A stretch of DNA of 38,510 nt from Verrucomicrobiales bacterium (GCA_046075565.1 JBJTQJ010000073.1:1-38510), one strand, 5' to 3'; shown: positions 9,787 through 20,485, numbered from the stretch's first letter. Notes: generated from the sequence alone by a model not told the origin. Program-made: numbers and translations.

Positions 9787-10337
9787 GACGGACCTCCTTG
9801 GCTTGCTTCCTGACGGCGGCGTTGTTCCAAGAGACCACGCAGGCGGCGCATGGCATCGTGCAAAAGGAATCCAATTTGGCCGGTGCTCACGCCGGTGATG
9901 GTGGCGATTTCGCGGTAGCTTAGATTCTGTTGGAATCGAAGGCGCACGACATCCTGTTGGTTGGAGGGGAGGCACTGCAGGCAGTCGAGGACCTCGCGTC
10001 CGGTGTCGGATCGGTCGGCGGATTCGGAGGGATTAGGAGAGGATTGCGCGATGTGTTCGAGCGCGTCATTGTGCATTTGCCAGCGTTGATCGCGGCGCAG
10101 GAGGTCGTAGGCGCGATTGCGGCAGACGGTGTAGAGCCAGGATTTTACATTGTTCTCCACGAGATCGGGATCCTGGCGGCACAACTTGAGGAAGGCTTCT
10201 TGGACGACATCACGGGCGCTGTCCCAGTCGCCGTTGAGCAGCCCGGAGGTGTAATGCACCAGCGCCGACTCGTAATCGCGGAGCGACGTTTCCACCAGAT
10301 GGCGGATGCGGTCGGATTTGGTTGCCGTGCCGGTCAT
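9783..10337 (-). CDS. ECF RNA polymerase sigma factor
   Basis: ARDVVQEAFLKL, SWLYTVCRNRAYDLLRR (region 2), LPSNQQDVVRLRF..LSYREIA (region 4). Confidence 0.93.
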   Translation of the reverse strand: MTGTATKSDRIRHLVETSLRDYESALVHYTSGLLNGDWDSARDVVQEAFLKLCRQDPDLVENNVKSWLYTVCRNRAYDLLRRDQRWQMHNDALEHIAQSSPNPSESADRSDTGREVLDCLQCLPSNQQDVVRLRFQQNLSYREIATITGVSTGQIGFLLHDAMRRLRGLLEQRRRQEASQGGPS

Positions 10338-10495
10338 GGAAAAACTCCCTCTAGATTGGGAACGTCCCACCAACACGATTCTTGGCAGTTTTTCCTCCGG
10401 AAGGCAAGATTTTCCGATTTTTGAGCCGGGAGCCCCCTTTTGGGGGTCAACGGAACATTTTGGCGTTCCGTTCCAGCCTTGAAATCAGGAGCTGC

Positions 10496-11662
10496 TCAAC
10501 GCCCCACGGGGATGGCGACGGCCTCGTCGAGACGATCTTTCAGAGCCCGGGCTTTGGCGAGGGCGGTGCCGGTTTCCGGGGCGAGCACGCAGAAATGTCC
10601 CATCTTGCGGCCGCGGCGGGCCACCCGCTTGCCGTAGAGATGGAGGCGGGTGTCCGGGTCTTCGAGGAGGGGAGACCAGTCCGGATCTTTTTCCGGGCCC
10701 GGCCAGACGTCGCCCAGGAGGTTCACCATGACGACGGGGGAAATAAGGTGAGGCTCGGCCAGTCTCTGGCCGGTGATGGCGCGCAGTTGCTGGCCGAATT
10801 GGCTCACGCTGCACGAGTCGATGGTGGCGTGACCGGAATTGTGGGGCCGGGGGGCAATTTCGTTGACGAGTAATTTTCCCGAGGTATCGAGGAAAAACTC
10901 CACCGCCAGGGTTCCGACGAAGCCGAGCGCGTCGGCGATTTGTTTGGTGATCGCAACGGCGCGGTTGGTGGTGTCGGCATCGACGCGAGCCGGCAAGATG
11001 GTCGTGTCGAGGATGTGGCGGCGGTGATCATTTTCCGCCAGGGGAAAGGCGACAAATTGCCCGTCCATCCCTCGCGCGGCGATGACGGACAATTCCATCC
11101 GGCAGGGAATCCACGCTTCGAGCACGCCACGGGGCGAGCCGAGATTTTTCCATGCTTCGTCGATTTGCGCGGTATCGGAAATCTTGATTTGGCCTTTGCC
11201 GTCGTAGCCGAAATCTGCGGTCTTGAGCACGCAGGGCGTGGAAATCGCCGCCACGGCATCGCGCAGTCCATCGAGGGAATCGATGATAGCGAATGGTGCA
11301 CAGGGAATCTTGTGGGCACGCAGGAACAATTTTTCCCGTTCGCGGTTCTGGCATGTCGAAAGGGCCGTCACCCCGGGACGAACGGGCACGCCGGAAGACT
11401 CCAGTTTTGTGAGGAAATCCGCGGGCACGTTTTCGAATTCGTAAGTGACGACCTCGATCCGTCGCGCGAAATCGGCCGCCGCGGCGGCATCGGTGTAGGG
11501 GGCGCTGATTTCGAAATCGGCGATTTGGCCGGCCGGGCTGCCCGGAGGTTCATCGGTGAAGACTACCACTTTGTATCCGGCGCGCCGGGCTTCGAGGGTG
11601 AACATGCGGCCCAGTTGGCCGCCGCCGACCACGCCGATGGTGTGACCAGGTTGGAGAATCAT
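10496..11662 (-). CDS. purK: N5-carboxyaminoimidazole ribonucleotide synthase
   Basis: [45 protein letters not shown]. Confidence 0.97.
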   Translation of the reverse strand: MILQPGHTIGVVGGGQLGRMFTLEARRAGYKVVVFTDEPPGSPAGQIADFEISAPYTDAAAAADFARRIEVVTYEFENVPADFLTKLESSGVPVRPGVTALSTCQNREREKLFLRAHKIPCAPFAIIDSLDGLRDAVAAISTPCVLKTADFGYDGKGQIKISDTAQIDEAWKNLGSPRGVLEAWIPCRMELSVIAARGMDGQFVAFPLAENDHRRHILDTTILPARVDADTTNRAVAITKQIADALGFVGTLAVEFFLDTSGKLLVNEIAPRPHNSGHATIDSCSVSQFGQQLRAITGQRLAEPHLISPVVMVNLLGDVWPGPEKDPDWSPLLEDPDTRLHLYGKRVARRGRKMGHFCVLAPETGTALAKARALKDRLDEAVAIPVGR

Positions 11663-12165
11663 GAAGAAGGAGAGTCCGAAGTGGGAAGTTCTGCCGCGAG
11701 CACCGCGGCGGTTTGCCTCGAACGGAAGTCGCGCAGGCGTTCGCGCAATGCGGGGTCCTCGAGGGCAAGGATGGCGATGGCGCTGAGGCCGGCGTTGCGG
11801 GCACCCGCTTTACCGATGGCGAGCGTGGGCACCGGGATACCCGCAGGCATCTGGACAATCGACAAAAGGGAATCCACGCCGCGCAGGACCTTGCTCTCGA
11901 CCGGCACACCAAGCACCGGGAGCAGGGTCATGGAGGCGGCCATGCCGGGCAAATGGGCCGCGCCGCCAGCTCCCGCGATGAGAACCTTCAGTCCCCGACC
12001 CTCGGCAGTTTTCGCATACTCGGCCAGCAGGTCCGGGGTGCGGTGAGCGCTTACAACCTTGGTCTCAAACGGAATACCGAATTCCTCCAGAACAGCCGCC
12101 GCCTCGCCCATGGTGGGCCAGTCGGAGGTGCTGCCCATGATAATGCCGACGACGGGGGTTGACAT
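11659..12165 (-). CDS. purE: N5-CAIR mutase
   Basis: [38 protein letters not shown]. Confidence 0.98.
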   Translation of the reverse strand: MSTPVVGIIMGSTSDWPTMGEAAAVLEEFGIPFETKVVSAHRTPDLLAEYAKTAEGRGLKVLIAGAGGAAHLPGMAASMTLLPVLGVPVESKVLRGVDSLLSIVQMPAGIPVPTLAIGKAGARNAGLSAIAILALEDPALRERLRDFRSRQTAAVLAAELPTSDSPSS

Positions 12166-12347
12166 GAGGGAATGCTCTCCTTTTGTGGGATTTGTCCCGA
12201 CATTTGCCGGGTCAGCAACCTAAGGCCGGAACGGAAAATTTTCAAGGGAATTCGCCTTGTGGCCCATGGGTGGTCCCGGGTGACCATGCAATCGTAGTCG
12301 GGCGCTGGACGCGGACCGGATTCGCACTTACTGTTCATGTTTCCCGA

Positions 12348-14066
12348 ATGCCCGCCTCTCAGCCATCCAACAACCGCCCGAGTTCCAGTGCCCCGGTCTT
12401 GGTAATCGGACACAAGAACCCCGACACCGATGCGGTTTGTTCGGCGATCGGGCAGGCGGAATTTCTCCGCCGATCCGGGGTCGCGTCGGCGGTGGCGGCT
12501 TGCTGCGGCGGATTGAACCCGCGCACCACGTGGGCGCTCGAACAAGCCGGCATCGAGCCGCCCCGGCTTGTCATGGACGTGCGTCCGACCGCCGCTAGTA
12601 TCTGCCGTCGCGAAATCATTTCCGCCCGTGCCGATGAGACGTTCCTCGAAGTTTACCACCGCATGAAACAGGAGGACGTGCGTTCCCTGCCCGTGCTCGA
12701 TGCCGAGGGTAAGGTCTTGGGCGTGCCCACCATCGGCGATTTGATGGAACTGCTCATGCATGCCGCCGACTCCCGCGAGTCTTCGCCGGATCAAGCGAGG
12801 CAACTCACAACATCGTTGGCCAATGTCGCGTCAACCCTCGGTGCCGAGGTGCTCACCGGTTTCGATTTGGAGCGGCAGCAGGAGTTCACGCTCACGGTTT
12901 CCGCCTCGAGCGAACCGGTGGTCGCGGAACGATTGAACCGATACCCGTCCGGGCAGATCATGGTCATCGTGGGGGACCGCCCCCGGGTGCATGATCTCGC
13001 CATCGAACGCGGCGTGCGCGCCATGGTCATCACTGGCGCCGCGTCGCCTCCATCGGAAATGGTCGAGCGCGCACGTGCGGCCGGGGTTTCTCTGCTGCGT
13101 TATCCCTTCGACACCGCCTCGGCCGTGCAATTACTCCGTTGCTCGCGTTCCATCGCGGCGGCCGTGCCTCCACGTTTTCTTTCCATCCCATCCAACACAC
13201 TCGCCAGTTCGTTGCCGACCCTCGTGCAGGACACCCATCAGGCGCTTTTTCCCGTCATCTGCGACGAAGATGGTTCGTTGCTTGGTGTATTCTCGAAAAG
13301 CGACCTCATCGACCCGCCGCGGCAGAAGCTCGTGCTTGTGGACCACAACGAATTCTCGCAAGCCGTCACCGGAGCTGATGAGGCGGAAATCCTTGAAGTG
13401 ATCGACCACCACCGCCTCAGCGGTAACCTCGTATCGCGGGAGCCCGTGCGGTTCATCAACGATCCGGTGGGTTCCACCTCAACCATCGTGGCGCGTGCTT
13501 TCCGCCAAAGTGGTTGGACACCGGATCGCTCGACCGCCATTTGCCTGTGCGCGGGCATGATCTCGGACACGCTCAACCTGACCTCACCCACCACCACCGA
13601 TACCGATCGGGAAATCCTGCCTTGGCTCGCGGGAATCGCCGGCGTCGATCCGGAGGTCTTCGCGCGCGAGTTCTTCGCGGCCGGTTCAATGTTGCGGTCC
13701 GCTCCTGCCGGCCGGATCATCGGCCTCGACCGCAAGGAGTTCCACGAGCACGGCTGGCGAATCAGCATCAGCCAAATCGAGGAAAACCGTCTCGACGATT
13801 TCCCGGGACGCCAGAAGGAACTCGAGGAAAGCCTCGGTGCGCTGTGCGAAGATCGCGACCTTGACTGCGCCGCGCTGCTCATCACCGATATCCGGCGTCT
13901 TTACAGCCTCCTTCTCATCTCGGGTGAGGAAGCCATTGTCCGGGAGATCGATTGCCCGCGTGACAAATGCGGAACCTTCCGACTTGATGGGGTGGTAAGC
14001 CGGAAGAAACAATTTTTCCCCTACATGAGCCGCGTGCTTGCCAAGGCCCGTCGCCGGTCCGCCTGA
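12348..14066 (+). CDS. ppaC: Mn-dependent (family II) inorganic pyrophosphatase with CBS and DRTGG domains
   Basis: GHKNPDTD, CBS/DRTGG insert (IVGDR), LVDHNE, IDHH, VGSTSTIV, SDT, SRKKQ. Confidence 0.92.
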   Translation: MPASQPSNNRPSSSAPVLVIGHKNPDTDAVCSAIGQAEFLRRSGVASAVAACCGGLNPRTTWALEQAGIEPPRLVMDVRPTAASICRREIISARADETFLEVYHRMKQEDVRSLPVLDAEGKVLGVPTIGDLMELLMHAADSRESSPDQARQLTTSLANVASTLGAEVLTGFDLERQQEFTLTVSASSEPVVAERLNRYPSGQIMVIVGDRPRVHDLAIERGVRAMVITGAASPPSEMVERARAAGVSLLRYPFDTASAVQLLRCSRSIAAAVPPRFLSIPSNTLASSLPTLVQDTHQALFPVICDEDGSLLGVFSKSDLIDPPRQKLVLVDHNEFSQAVTGADEAEILEVIDHHRLSGNLVSREPVRFINDPVGSTSTIVARAFRQSGWTPDRSTAICLCAGMISDTLNLTSPTTTDTDREILPWLAGIAGVDPEVFAREFFAAGSMLRSAPAGRIIGLDRKEFHEHGWRISISQIEENRLDDFPGRQKELEESLGALCEDRDLDCAALLITDIRRLYSLLLISGEEAIVREIDCPRDKCGTFRLDGVVSRKKQFFPYMSRVLAKARRRSA

Positions 14067-14070
14067 TGCC

Positions 14071-14745
14071 ATGAAATCGCTCCGTTCCATTTCCATCATC
14101 TGCCTTTTCTTGGGCGCCGCCTCGTTGGTCCGCGCCGAAGGACTGGTCTTCGGAAGCGAGCGTGTCGTCGTGAAGGCCACTCCGGATCAGGATGTGGTGC
14201 GGGCCGAGTTCAGTTTCACCAACAAGGGCAAAGGAGAAGCGATAGTGCTTTCGGTGGTCTCCGGCTGCCAGTGTCTTGAGGCGGATGCACCAGAAGGGCC
14301 CATCCCCGCCGGGGCGGAAGGCAAGGTGGTCGGCTTCTTCAAGATCGGTGCCTATCAAGGGCTGATTGAGAAACAAATGGCCGCCCGCGTGCGCGACGAC
14401 AATGGAGAGCGCGATATCCTGCTTACCGTCGCCGTGGAGGTCCCGACCGTGATCGTCGTCGAGCCGGGCACGCTGACATGGGATGTCGGGGCCGCTCCCA
14501 ACCCGAAGGAATTCACCCTCAAGATCACCTGGCCCGAAAAGGTGAATCTCAAGTCCATCGAATGCTCCCGTGAGGAATTCGTTCTCACCAGCCGTGTGAT
14601 CGAGGATGGCAAGGAATACCGCATCACCGTCACACCGAAAACCACCGCCCAACCGCTTCTCGGGCTCGTGCAATTCCGCACCGACTCCCGTTTCGAGAAA
14701 TACCGCGACCCCATGGCCTTCGTCCACATCAAGGCCCAACCCTGA
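14071..14745 (+). CDS. DUF1573-domain exported protein
   Basis: Signal peptide; FSFTNKG...SGCQC..IPAG motif. Confidence 0.75.
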   Translation: MKSLRSISIICLFLGAASLVRAEGLVFGSERVVVKATPDQDVVRAEFSFTNKGKGEAIVLSVVSGCQCLEADAPEGPIPAGAEGKVVGFFKIGAYQGLIEKQMAARVRDDNGERDILLTVAVEVPTVIVVEPGTLTWDVGAAPNPKEFTLKITWPEKVNLKSIECSREEFVLTSRVIEDGKEYRITVTPKTTAQPLLGLVQFRTDSRFEKYRDPMAFVHIKAQP

Positions 14746-14754
14746 CCTCACATC

Positions 14755-15225
14755 ATGCTCCGCGCCATTCAACAACTCGGCCTCATCGGTTTCCTCTGGA
14801 TCCTCTTTGGAGGACTCATCTTCTGGGTCCATCCCCAAGCCAAAGGACTTTTCACGGGCGCGGCCGTCGCCGTTCCGGTCGAGGAAGGTGAGATTTCCCT
14901 CGCCGACGCCCGGCGGTTCACTCTCGAGGGAGTCGCCCTCTGGATCGACACGCGTCCGGCAGCCGAATATGCTCGCGAGCACGTGCCTGCCGCCCACAAC
15001 ATTCCCGCCGATGAATCAGGCGCTTTGGATACGAAACTCTTCGAATGGACAAGAACAGGCACGCTCAAAACCGATACCGTGCTCATAATCTATTGCGCTA
15101 CCAGCGGGTGCAACACCAGTCAAGAGTTGCGCCGCCACCTGCTCGGTATGAATTCTGATCTGCGCGTCTATGTGCTCGCCGGTGGATGGAGCGAATGGAA
15201 ACGAGGCGAAGCCGACGCGAGCTAA
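14755..15225 (+). CDS. Rhodanese-like domain protein, N-terminal membrane anchor
   Basis: WIDTRP..EY..EHVPAAHNIP, IIYC, VLAGGWSEW. Confidence 0.85.
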   Translation: MLRAIQQLGLIGFLWILFGGLIFWVHPQAKGLFTGAAVAVPVEEGEISLADARRFTLEGVALWIDTRPAAEYAREHVPAAHNIPADESGALDTKLFEWTRTGTLKTDTVLIIYCATSGCNTSQELRRHLLGMNSDLRVYVLAGGWSEWKRGEADAS

Positions 15226-15243
15226 GATGCCAATCAGATGACG

Positions 15244-17085
15244 CTACCGCGTCTCCTCCCTTTTCTCCCTCAGCATCTCGCGGTGGCGGTCGAGCCAGCG
15301 GAGCACGATACCCTCCATTTCTTTGGCGCGCTTATCGGTGCAGCCGTCATAACGGATGGAATGATACTCCTCGACTAATTCCTCGATGCCGTTGTCGGCA
15401 ATGTGGGCGCGGCGCAGGAACTCGAGGTGTTCGCGGGCCGTGCGTCCCCGCCGGCGTGGTGCACCGAGCCGGGCCGAGGCATCGAGGAAGGCTTGGAACC
15501 ATGCGGGCTGGGGAATGGACCATTCCCCGCTGCGTTCCAGTTCGCGGGCCCGGGCATGCGACCTCCACCGCGCGGCCAGCCAGGCGAGCAAGAACAAAAC
15601 AAGACCGGCGCCCGCCATGATGCTCCAGTACCTCCAATCCTGCGGCTGCTCCTCTTCCCGAACTTCCGGTTGCGGCGGTGATTCGGGAGCGGATTCTTCC
15701 GCCAGTTCGGGTGCATTAGCGGCGCCCGCGCCGGGTGGCGTGCACTCCACCACAACCCAGCCCATCCCCGGCACAAGGATTTCCGCCCAAGCGTGGAAAT
15801 CCTTCGCCCCGTAGGTGATCATGCGGCTGGATTCGGCGAGCGTGCCACCGGCGTAGCCGTAGGCAATGCGGGAAGGAATCCCAAGGGCACGGAAAAGCAA
15901 CACACCGGAGGCGGCGAAGTGCTCGCAGATGCCCGTGCGTCCGATTTCAAGGAAATTGACCAATGATGGAAGTGTATTGGGGTTGGAATACACTTCGGAA
16001 TAACGACAGCGGCGGGCGAGCCACACCGGCACCGAAGCGACAAGATCGCGGAAGGATAGGTTGCGATCGAAGTCGCCGGTCATGCCCCGCAGCAGATCCC
16101 CGACCCGATCATTCGGCAAGGCGAGCAGGGGATCGTCCGGAGTGCGGGCAGGGAAAACCGGCTTCTCCGGGAGCAAAATCCCGTTCTCGCCTGCGACGAG
16201 GGGCCGGGACGAGCCCGCGAAGCTGCCCGAAGGCGCATCCAGCATCCACAGGGCGGAGCCTGCCCTGATCACGGAGTCGGCGCGGAGTTTATCCAAGCCG
16301 AGCAGGCTTGGCACATTGCGGGTGTCTTCGGGTGTGAAGATCGACCATGCCACGGATTCGCCGGCTTCGCGAGGGGATTCCGGATTCGTGACCATCCCGT
16401 CGGCCGTGCCATCATCGGCGTCGGCTATGGTTGGTGGTTTCACCGGGAGCGGTTCCCAGTTCCCGCCGTAGTCGCCGACCACTTCGAGTGCGGCCACTCG
16501 CACGTAAATCGTCCGCTTTTTCCAGTTGGCCAAGTCTTCCGCCCGCTCAAAAGTGAGCAGGAGTGGCGGGGCATCGGGCCGGGATGATTGGTCGTCCGAA
16601 GCGAGCGGTAAGGATCGGTTGCTCCACGAGGCAAGCGTGTCGCCTTCGCTCGGCGAGTTGGTATTCTCTTCGGCCTTCTCCGGTGGTGGTTTTTCCTTTT
16701 CTTCATCCGGGTTTCCCCAGACGAGATCGGAAATGTGATCGGCTGCCATGCCGAGCGGCCGGGTGCCCCATCCGAGCAGGGTTGCTAGCAACAGCAAGCC
16801 ACCTAGGAGTCCGCAGACCAGAGGAAGAAAATCCGCTATCCCGAAAGGTCGCAATGATTGTCCCCGGGCTAATGGTCCCGTCGCCTCCGGCCACCACGAG
16901 GCCAGGCCGATGACCAGCAAGAAAACCGCCGCCGGAAGGCGGAACATTTCCGGCACGGGAATGACGTGGCGAAGAATCAACCACGCGCAGATAACCATCG
17001 TGAGCAGCCAGCAGGCCGACAGCCACGCTGGCATGACATCCGCTTTCCTGCGCGCGTTCTTTCGTTTTCCGGCGGCAGGGATCAT
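15244..17085 (-). CDS. Transglutaminase-like domain membrane protein
   Basis: GICEHFAAS..LFRALGIPSRIAYGY, HAWAE..GWV; TM segments; third gene of MoxR-DUF58 operon. Confidence 0.85.
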   Translation of the reverse strand: MIPAAGKRKNARRKADVMPAWLSACWLLTMVICAWLILRHVIPVPEMFRLPAAVFLLVIGLASWWPEATGPLARGQSLRPFGIADFLPLVCGLLGGLLLLATLLGWGTRPLGMAADHISDLVWGNPDEEKEKPPPEKAEENTNSPSEGDTLASWSNRSLPLASDDQSSRPDAPPLLLTFERAEDLANWKKRTIYVRVAALEVVGDYGGNWEPLPVKPPTIADADDGTADGMVTNPESPREAGESVAWSIFTPEDTRNVPSLLGLDKLRADSVIRAGSALWMLDAPSGSFAGSSRPLVAGENGILLPEKPVFPARTPDDPLLALPNDRVGDLLRGMTGDFDRNLSFRDLVASVPVWLARRCRYSEVYSNPNTLPSLVNFLEIGRTGICEHFAASGVLLFRALGIPSRIAYGYAGGTLAESSRMITYGAKDFHAWAEILVPGMGWVVVECTPPGAGAANAPELAEESAPESPPQPEVREEEQPQDWRYWSIMAGAGLVLFLLAWLAARWRSHARARELERSGEWSIPQPAWFQAFLDASARLGAPRRRGRTAREHLEFLRRAHIADNGIEELVEEYHSIRYDGCTDKRAKEMEGIVLRWLDRHREMLREKREETR

Positions 17086-18302
17086 GAGCGTCCTCCTTTC
17101 CTCGGCGGCAGACGCAAGGGCTTTGCTCCGCCGATGTGGCCGGGATCAAAGACATGGGTGCGCCGGGCTCCTGCCGTTTTTCCAAGCTCCGTGGCCCATC
17201 CGGCCATCGGCAGATCGCCGATAATCACGAGCATGGCCTGTTCTTGGGTGGCACGGACGACCTTGCGTGTTTCCTCGAGAGTGGTTTCGCGGGCGCGTTT
17301 CACCTTGGCCAGGTGGGAATGAAATTGCCGCGTCTCTTCGTCATTGGAACACCGGAAAGCCCGCCAACCCAGGAAGTCTGCCCGGATTTCGAGGGCAATG
17401 CCCTGCTGGCGGAGCCTCCAGACCGCTCCGGCTAACAAACGCAGTGCTGATTCAAAGTCCTGCGGTTTGATCAAGCAGCGGGAGGAACTCGATGAGTGGA
17501 AGACCACCACCGCGATCAATGGCTGGAGACGGGGGCGATCGAACTCGCGTGTCATCAAACCCAGTCCTCTCGCGCTGGCTGGCCAGTGGATCAAACGCAG
17601 GGCATCGCCCGCTTGGTAAGCGCGCAAGCCATGGAGTTCTCCCTGGCCCGCCCATTTCACGGGTTCAGCCTCCATTTCCTCGGTGTCGTTGGCCAGGCAA
17701 GGATCCTGCAAAGCCTTTGGGATGAGGGGACGCGGCATGACCAACATCCGCTCGGACAGTTGCCCCCGGGCTTGGCAGCGGAACAGGCCGAAAGGAAATG
17801 CCGACCGCAGCGCCACCGCCGAGCCACCGAACACGCCGCGCCGCGGCACGGACCCATCGAGCTGCACCTCCGATTCTCCGCGCGCCGGTGTCCACGGTGC
17901 GTGGAAATGCAACATGCCGCCGCCGGGCAGTTGTTGTTCGGCGAAGATTTGGAAGGCATCACCAAGCGGGCGGCCATTGTTGACCCGCAGCACACAGTCG
18001 AATCGTTCTTCCGCAACCACCTTTTCCGGAACACTCGCGGCAAGTTCGATACTCCGCAGGTTCCACCAGGCGAGACAAGCCATGGGTCCTAACAAAAGCA
18101 CCGCACCAACGCCGAGCGCCGTCAGATCCCCGTCGCGGGTGAGCAGTCCGGCCAGGATCATCATGAGCCCGGCGGCGAGCACGGCCGCACCGCGACCGGT
18201 TAAACGCGGGCGCGAGCGTTCCTCGTCCGTTTCCAAGCGGACGACCCGGAAAGCCTCTGGGGATTGGCCTGCCATGGGGACGGGCGGTTCAGGGCACGTC
18301 AA
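17082..18302 (-). CDS. DUF58 domain protein
   Basis: RRG..FPFGLF, LRAYQAGDALRLIHWPASAR, MTREFD. Confidence 0.88.
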   Translation of the reverse strand: MTCPEPPVPMAGQSPEAFRVVRLETDEERSRPRLTGRGAAVLAAGLMMILAGLLTRDGDLTALGVGAVLLLGPMACLAWWNLRSIELAASVPEKVVAEERFDCVLRVNNGRPLGDAFQIFAEQQLPGGGMLHFHAPWTPARGESEVQLDGSVPRRGVFGGSAVALRSAFPFGLFRCQARGQLSERMLVMPRPLIPKALQDPCLANDTEEMEAEPVKWAGQGELHGLRAYQAGDALRLIHWPASARGLGLMTREFDRPRLQPLIAVVVFHSSSSSRCLIKPQDFESALRLLAGAVWRLRQQGIALEIRADFLGWRAFRCSNDEETRQFHSHLAKVKRARETTLEETRKVVRATQEQAMLVIIGDLPMAGWATELGKTAGARRTHVFDPGHIGGAKPLRLPPRKGGRS

Positions 18303-19191
18303 CTGAATCAGTGATGTCGCTCAGCCATTTTTCCGCGCCGCCATCTTCGGCCAGGGGCGCGAGGCGATGGCGAAAGACCGGCGGCAACACCGATTTGACA
18401 TCATCGGGATGAACGGACACGCGTCCGGCAAACAGGGCGGCGGCTTGGGCGGCCTTGGTCAACGCCAGTGAGGCGCGAACGGACAACGCATGGGGATGCC
18501 CGGCCATCTGACGGGCGGCTTCGCAGAGGCGCACGATGTATTGGCGCACCGGAGCGCTTACCGGATGTGCGGCGACGCGGCGTTGCCAGGCAATCACATC
18601 CGCCGGTTGGAGCAGGGGAGTCGCCGCGTGCGCGGTGGCGGGCTTGTCGAGGTGGTGGCCAAGCACTTCGACCTGCGTTGCCGGATCCGGCAGGGCGATG
18701 GAGATCGACATGAGGAATCTATCCAATTGCGGTTCCGGCAATGGAAAAGTGCCGGTGGCAAATACGTCGTTGCGGGTGGCCACGACCATGAAGGGAAGGA
18801 CAATCGTGTAAGTCGTGCCATCGACACTCACCTGGCCTTCGTTCATGCACTCGAGCAACGCGCTCTGGATACGCGGGCTGGTGCGGTTGATTTCGTCGGC
18901 GAGCAGCAAGTTGGTAAAAATAGGTCCGGGAAGAAACCGGAAGGCCTGCTTTGACTGGTCGAAAATATTGCAGCCGACCAAATCGGAGGGCAGCAGATCC
19001 GGGGTGAACTGGACGCGACGGAAATTTCCCCCGATGGCACGGGCCAAAGTATGGGCGATGGTCGTTTTCCCCACCCCGGGCGGGCCTTCGACGAGGGCAT
19101 GACCGCCCGCGATCAAACAAAGGACCAAGAGGCGCGCGGGTTCCGCCGCCCCCAAAATTTCCCCGGCCAGCCGGGCCTGTAGCTCACGCAT
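18289..19191 (-). CDS. moxR: MoxR-family AAA+ ATPase (start could be GTG at 19218)
   Basis: GHALVEGPPGVGKT, RVQFTPDLLPSD, LADEINRTSPRIQSALLECM, GTFPLPEPQLDRF. Confidence 0.93.
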   Translation of the reverse strand: MRELQARLAGEILGAAEPARLLVLCLIAGGHALVEGPPGVGKTTIAHTLARAIGGNFRRVQFTPDLLPSDLVGCNIFDQSKQAFRFLPGPIFTNLLLADEINRTSPRIQSALLECMNEGQVSVDGTTYTIVLPFMVVATRNDVFATGTFPLPEPQLDRFLMSISIALPDPATQVEVLGHHLDKPATAHAATPLLQPADVIAWQRRVAAHPVSAPVRQYIVRLCEAARQMAGHPHALSVRASLALTKAAQAAALFAGRVSVHPDDVKSVLPPVFRHRLAPLAEDGGAEKWLSDITDSVDVP

Positions 19192-19577
19192 CGGATTTTC
19201 CACGCCGCCAGAGTCCACATGACCGCCCGCTCCGGCAAGCAAAATTCCCGATTTATGGGCGGCATGAGGAAAAAAACCACGGTTTTGGCATATTTCGCCT
19301 TGCCGGGGGCGCAAAATTTCGGTATGAAACGGTTCAGACAGGGTCAATTAATTTCTGGATGCGGATTCTCCTCCCTCAATATCTATCTTCCAGGTCCAAT
19401 CGGACCGGGGCTTTTCGTCTTTATTCCGGCGTGGCCGGGGACTCCCAGACTGCCTCCGCAGCGGTTTCGCTATTTGCCCATGTTTGAGAGAACCGCTGCT
19501 GCCTGTCCGGCCCATGCCCGCGCGCTTCCGAATGCGGTGGGGGAAAAGTTTTTGCCTGAATTACCCATGATGACCCA

Positions 19578-19584
19578 GAGGAGG
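19578..19584 (+). promoter_or_regulatory. Shine-Dalgarno GAGGAGG of infC
   Basis: Located 8 nt upstream of an in-frame ATA at 19593. Confidence 0.75.
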
Positions 19585-19592
19585 ACACTGCC

Positions 19593-20252
19593 ATAAGCCA
19601 GCCCAACCCCAATCCACGCCCACCCTACAACGGCCCGAACCGTGATCGTGATCGCGATCGCCGCCGTGGGGACCAAACCCGTGTCAATGAACGCATTCGC
19701 GCGCCCAAGGTGCGGGTGATTGACGGAACCAATAACAGCCAGGTCGGCGTCATGTCGGCGGCGGATGCCGTTCGACGCGCGCGTTCCATGGGATTGGACC
19801 TTGTCGAAATCGCTCCCAATGCCGACCCGCCCGTGTGCCGTATCTGCGATTACGGGAAGTGGAAATACGAGCAGGCCAAACAGCAGAAGAACAAGGCCAA
19901 AGTTTCGAAGCTCAAGGAAGTCAAATTCCGCATGGGGATCGATCCGCACGACTACAACATCAAGATGGCCCGGGCCGAGAGCTTCCTCGAAGAAGGGCAC
20001 AAACTTCGTGTCGTCGTGATGTTCAAGGGACGCCAGATGGCCCACCCGGAACTCGGATTCGAACTCATGAAGCGGATCATCGACGACCTCAAGACCATGG
20101 GTCATTCCGATGTCGTGCCCCGCCAAGCGGGACGGAATATCGGCACGATGATCTCCCCGCTCGCCAAACATCTGCGCAAGCCGCGCTTCACCGCCCACTT
20201 TGACGCCAACGCCACCGAAGAGGACGACGGCGAAGAGGATGAAGAAAGCTGA
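19593..20252 (+). CDS. infC: Translation initiation factor IF-3, non-canonical ATA start
   Basis: RVNERIRAPKVRVID, LDLVEIAPNADPPVCRICDYGK, LKEVKFR, KGRQMAH; conserved N-terminus extends upstream of the GTG called at 19710. Confidence 0.93.
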   Translation: MSQPNPNPRPPYNGPNRDRDRDRRRGDQTRVNERIRAPKVRVIDGTNNSQVGVMSAADAVRRARSMGLDLVEIAPNADPPVCRICDYGKWKYEQAKQQKNKAKVSKLKEVKFRMGIDPHDYNIKMARAESFLEEGHKLRVVVMFKGRQMAHPELGFELMKRIIDDLKTMGHSDVVPRQAGRNIGTMISPLAKHLRKPRFTAHFDANATEEDDGEEDEES

Positions 20253-20373
20253 GCCGGATATCTCACGCCCTTTCTACGGCGGCTTGGTCTTTCCCGTCGT
20301 GGCGGTGTTGCGCTAACTCGCCACGTCACGAAAGGTGGGAAACATGCCGGCTGTGGGAGTTGCTTGGAGTGTG

Positions 20374-20394
20374 CCACCGACATTTTGCCGGTGG
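20374..20394. repeat. Degenerate REP-like hairpin
   Basis: ccaccgaca-ttt-tgccggtgg, resembles cacgggcatcctgcccgtg at 23586. Confidence 0.4.
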
Positions 20395-20485
20395 TTCGGA
20401 GACGAACAGGCGAGATGCCCAATACTGTGAGTTTATTACTAAGAATCTCGGGCTTGCGGGTTTTCGTTGTTCAATTCCTTGTAGG

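Noticed and set aside
15735-15760. Glu instead of Asp in transglutaminase triad (VECTP)
   Set aside because: Conservative variant that I recall in other family members; not notable alone
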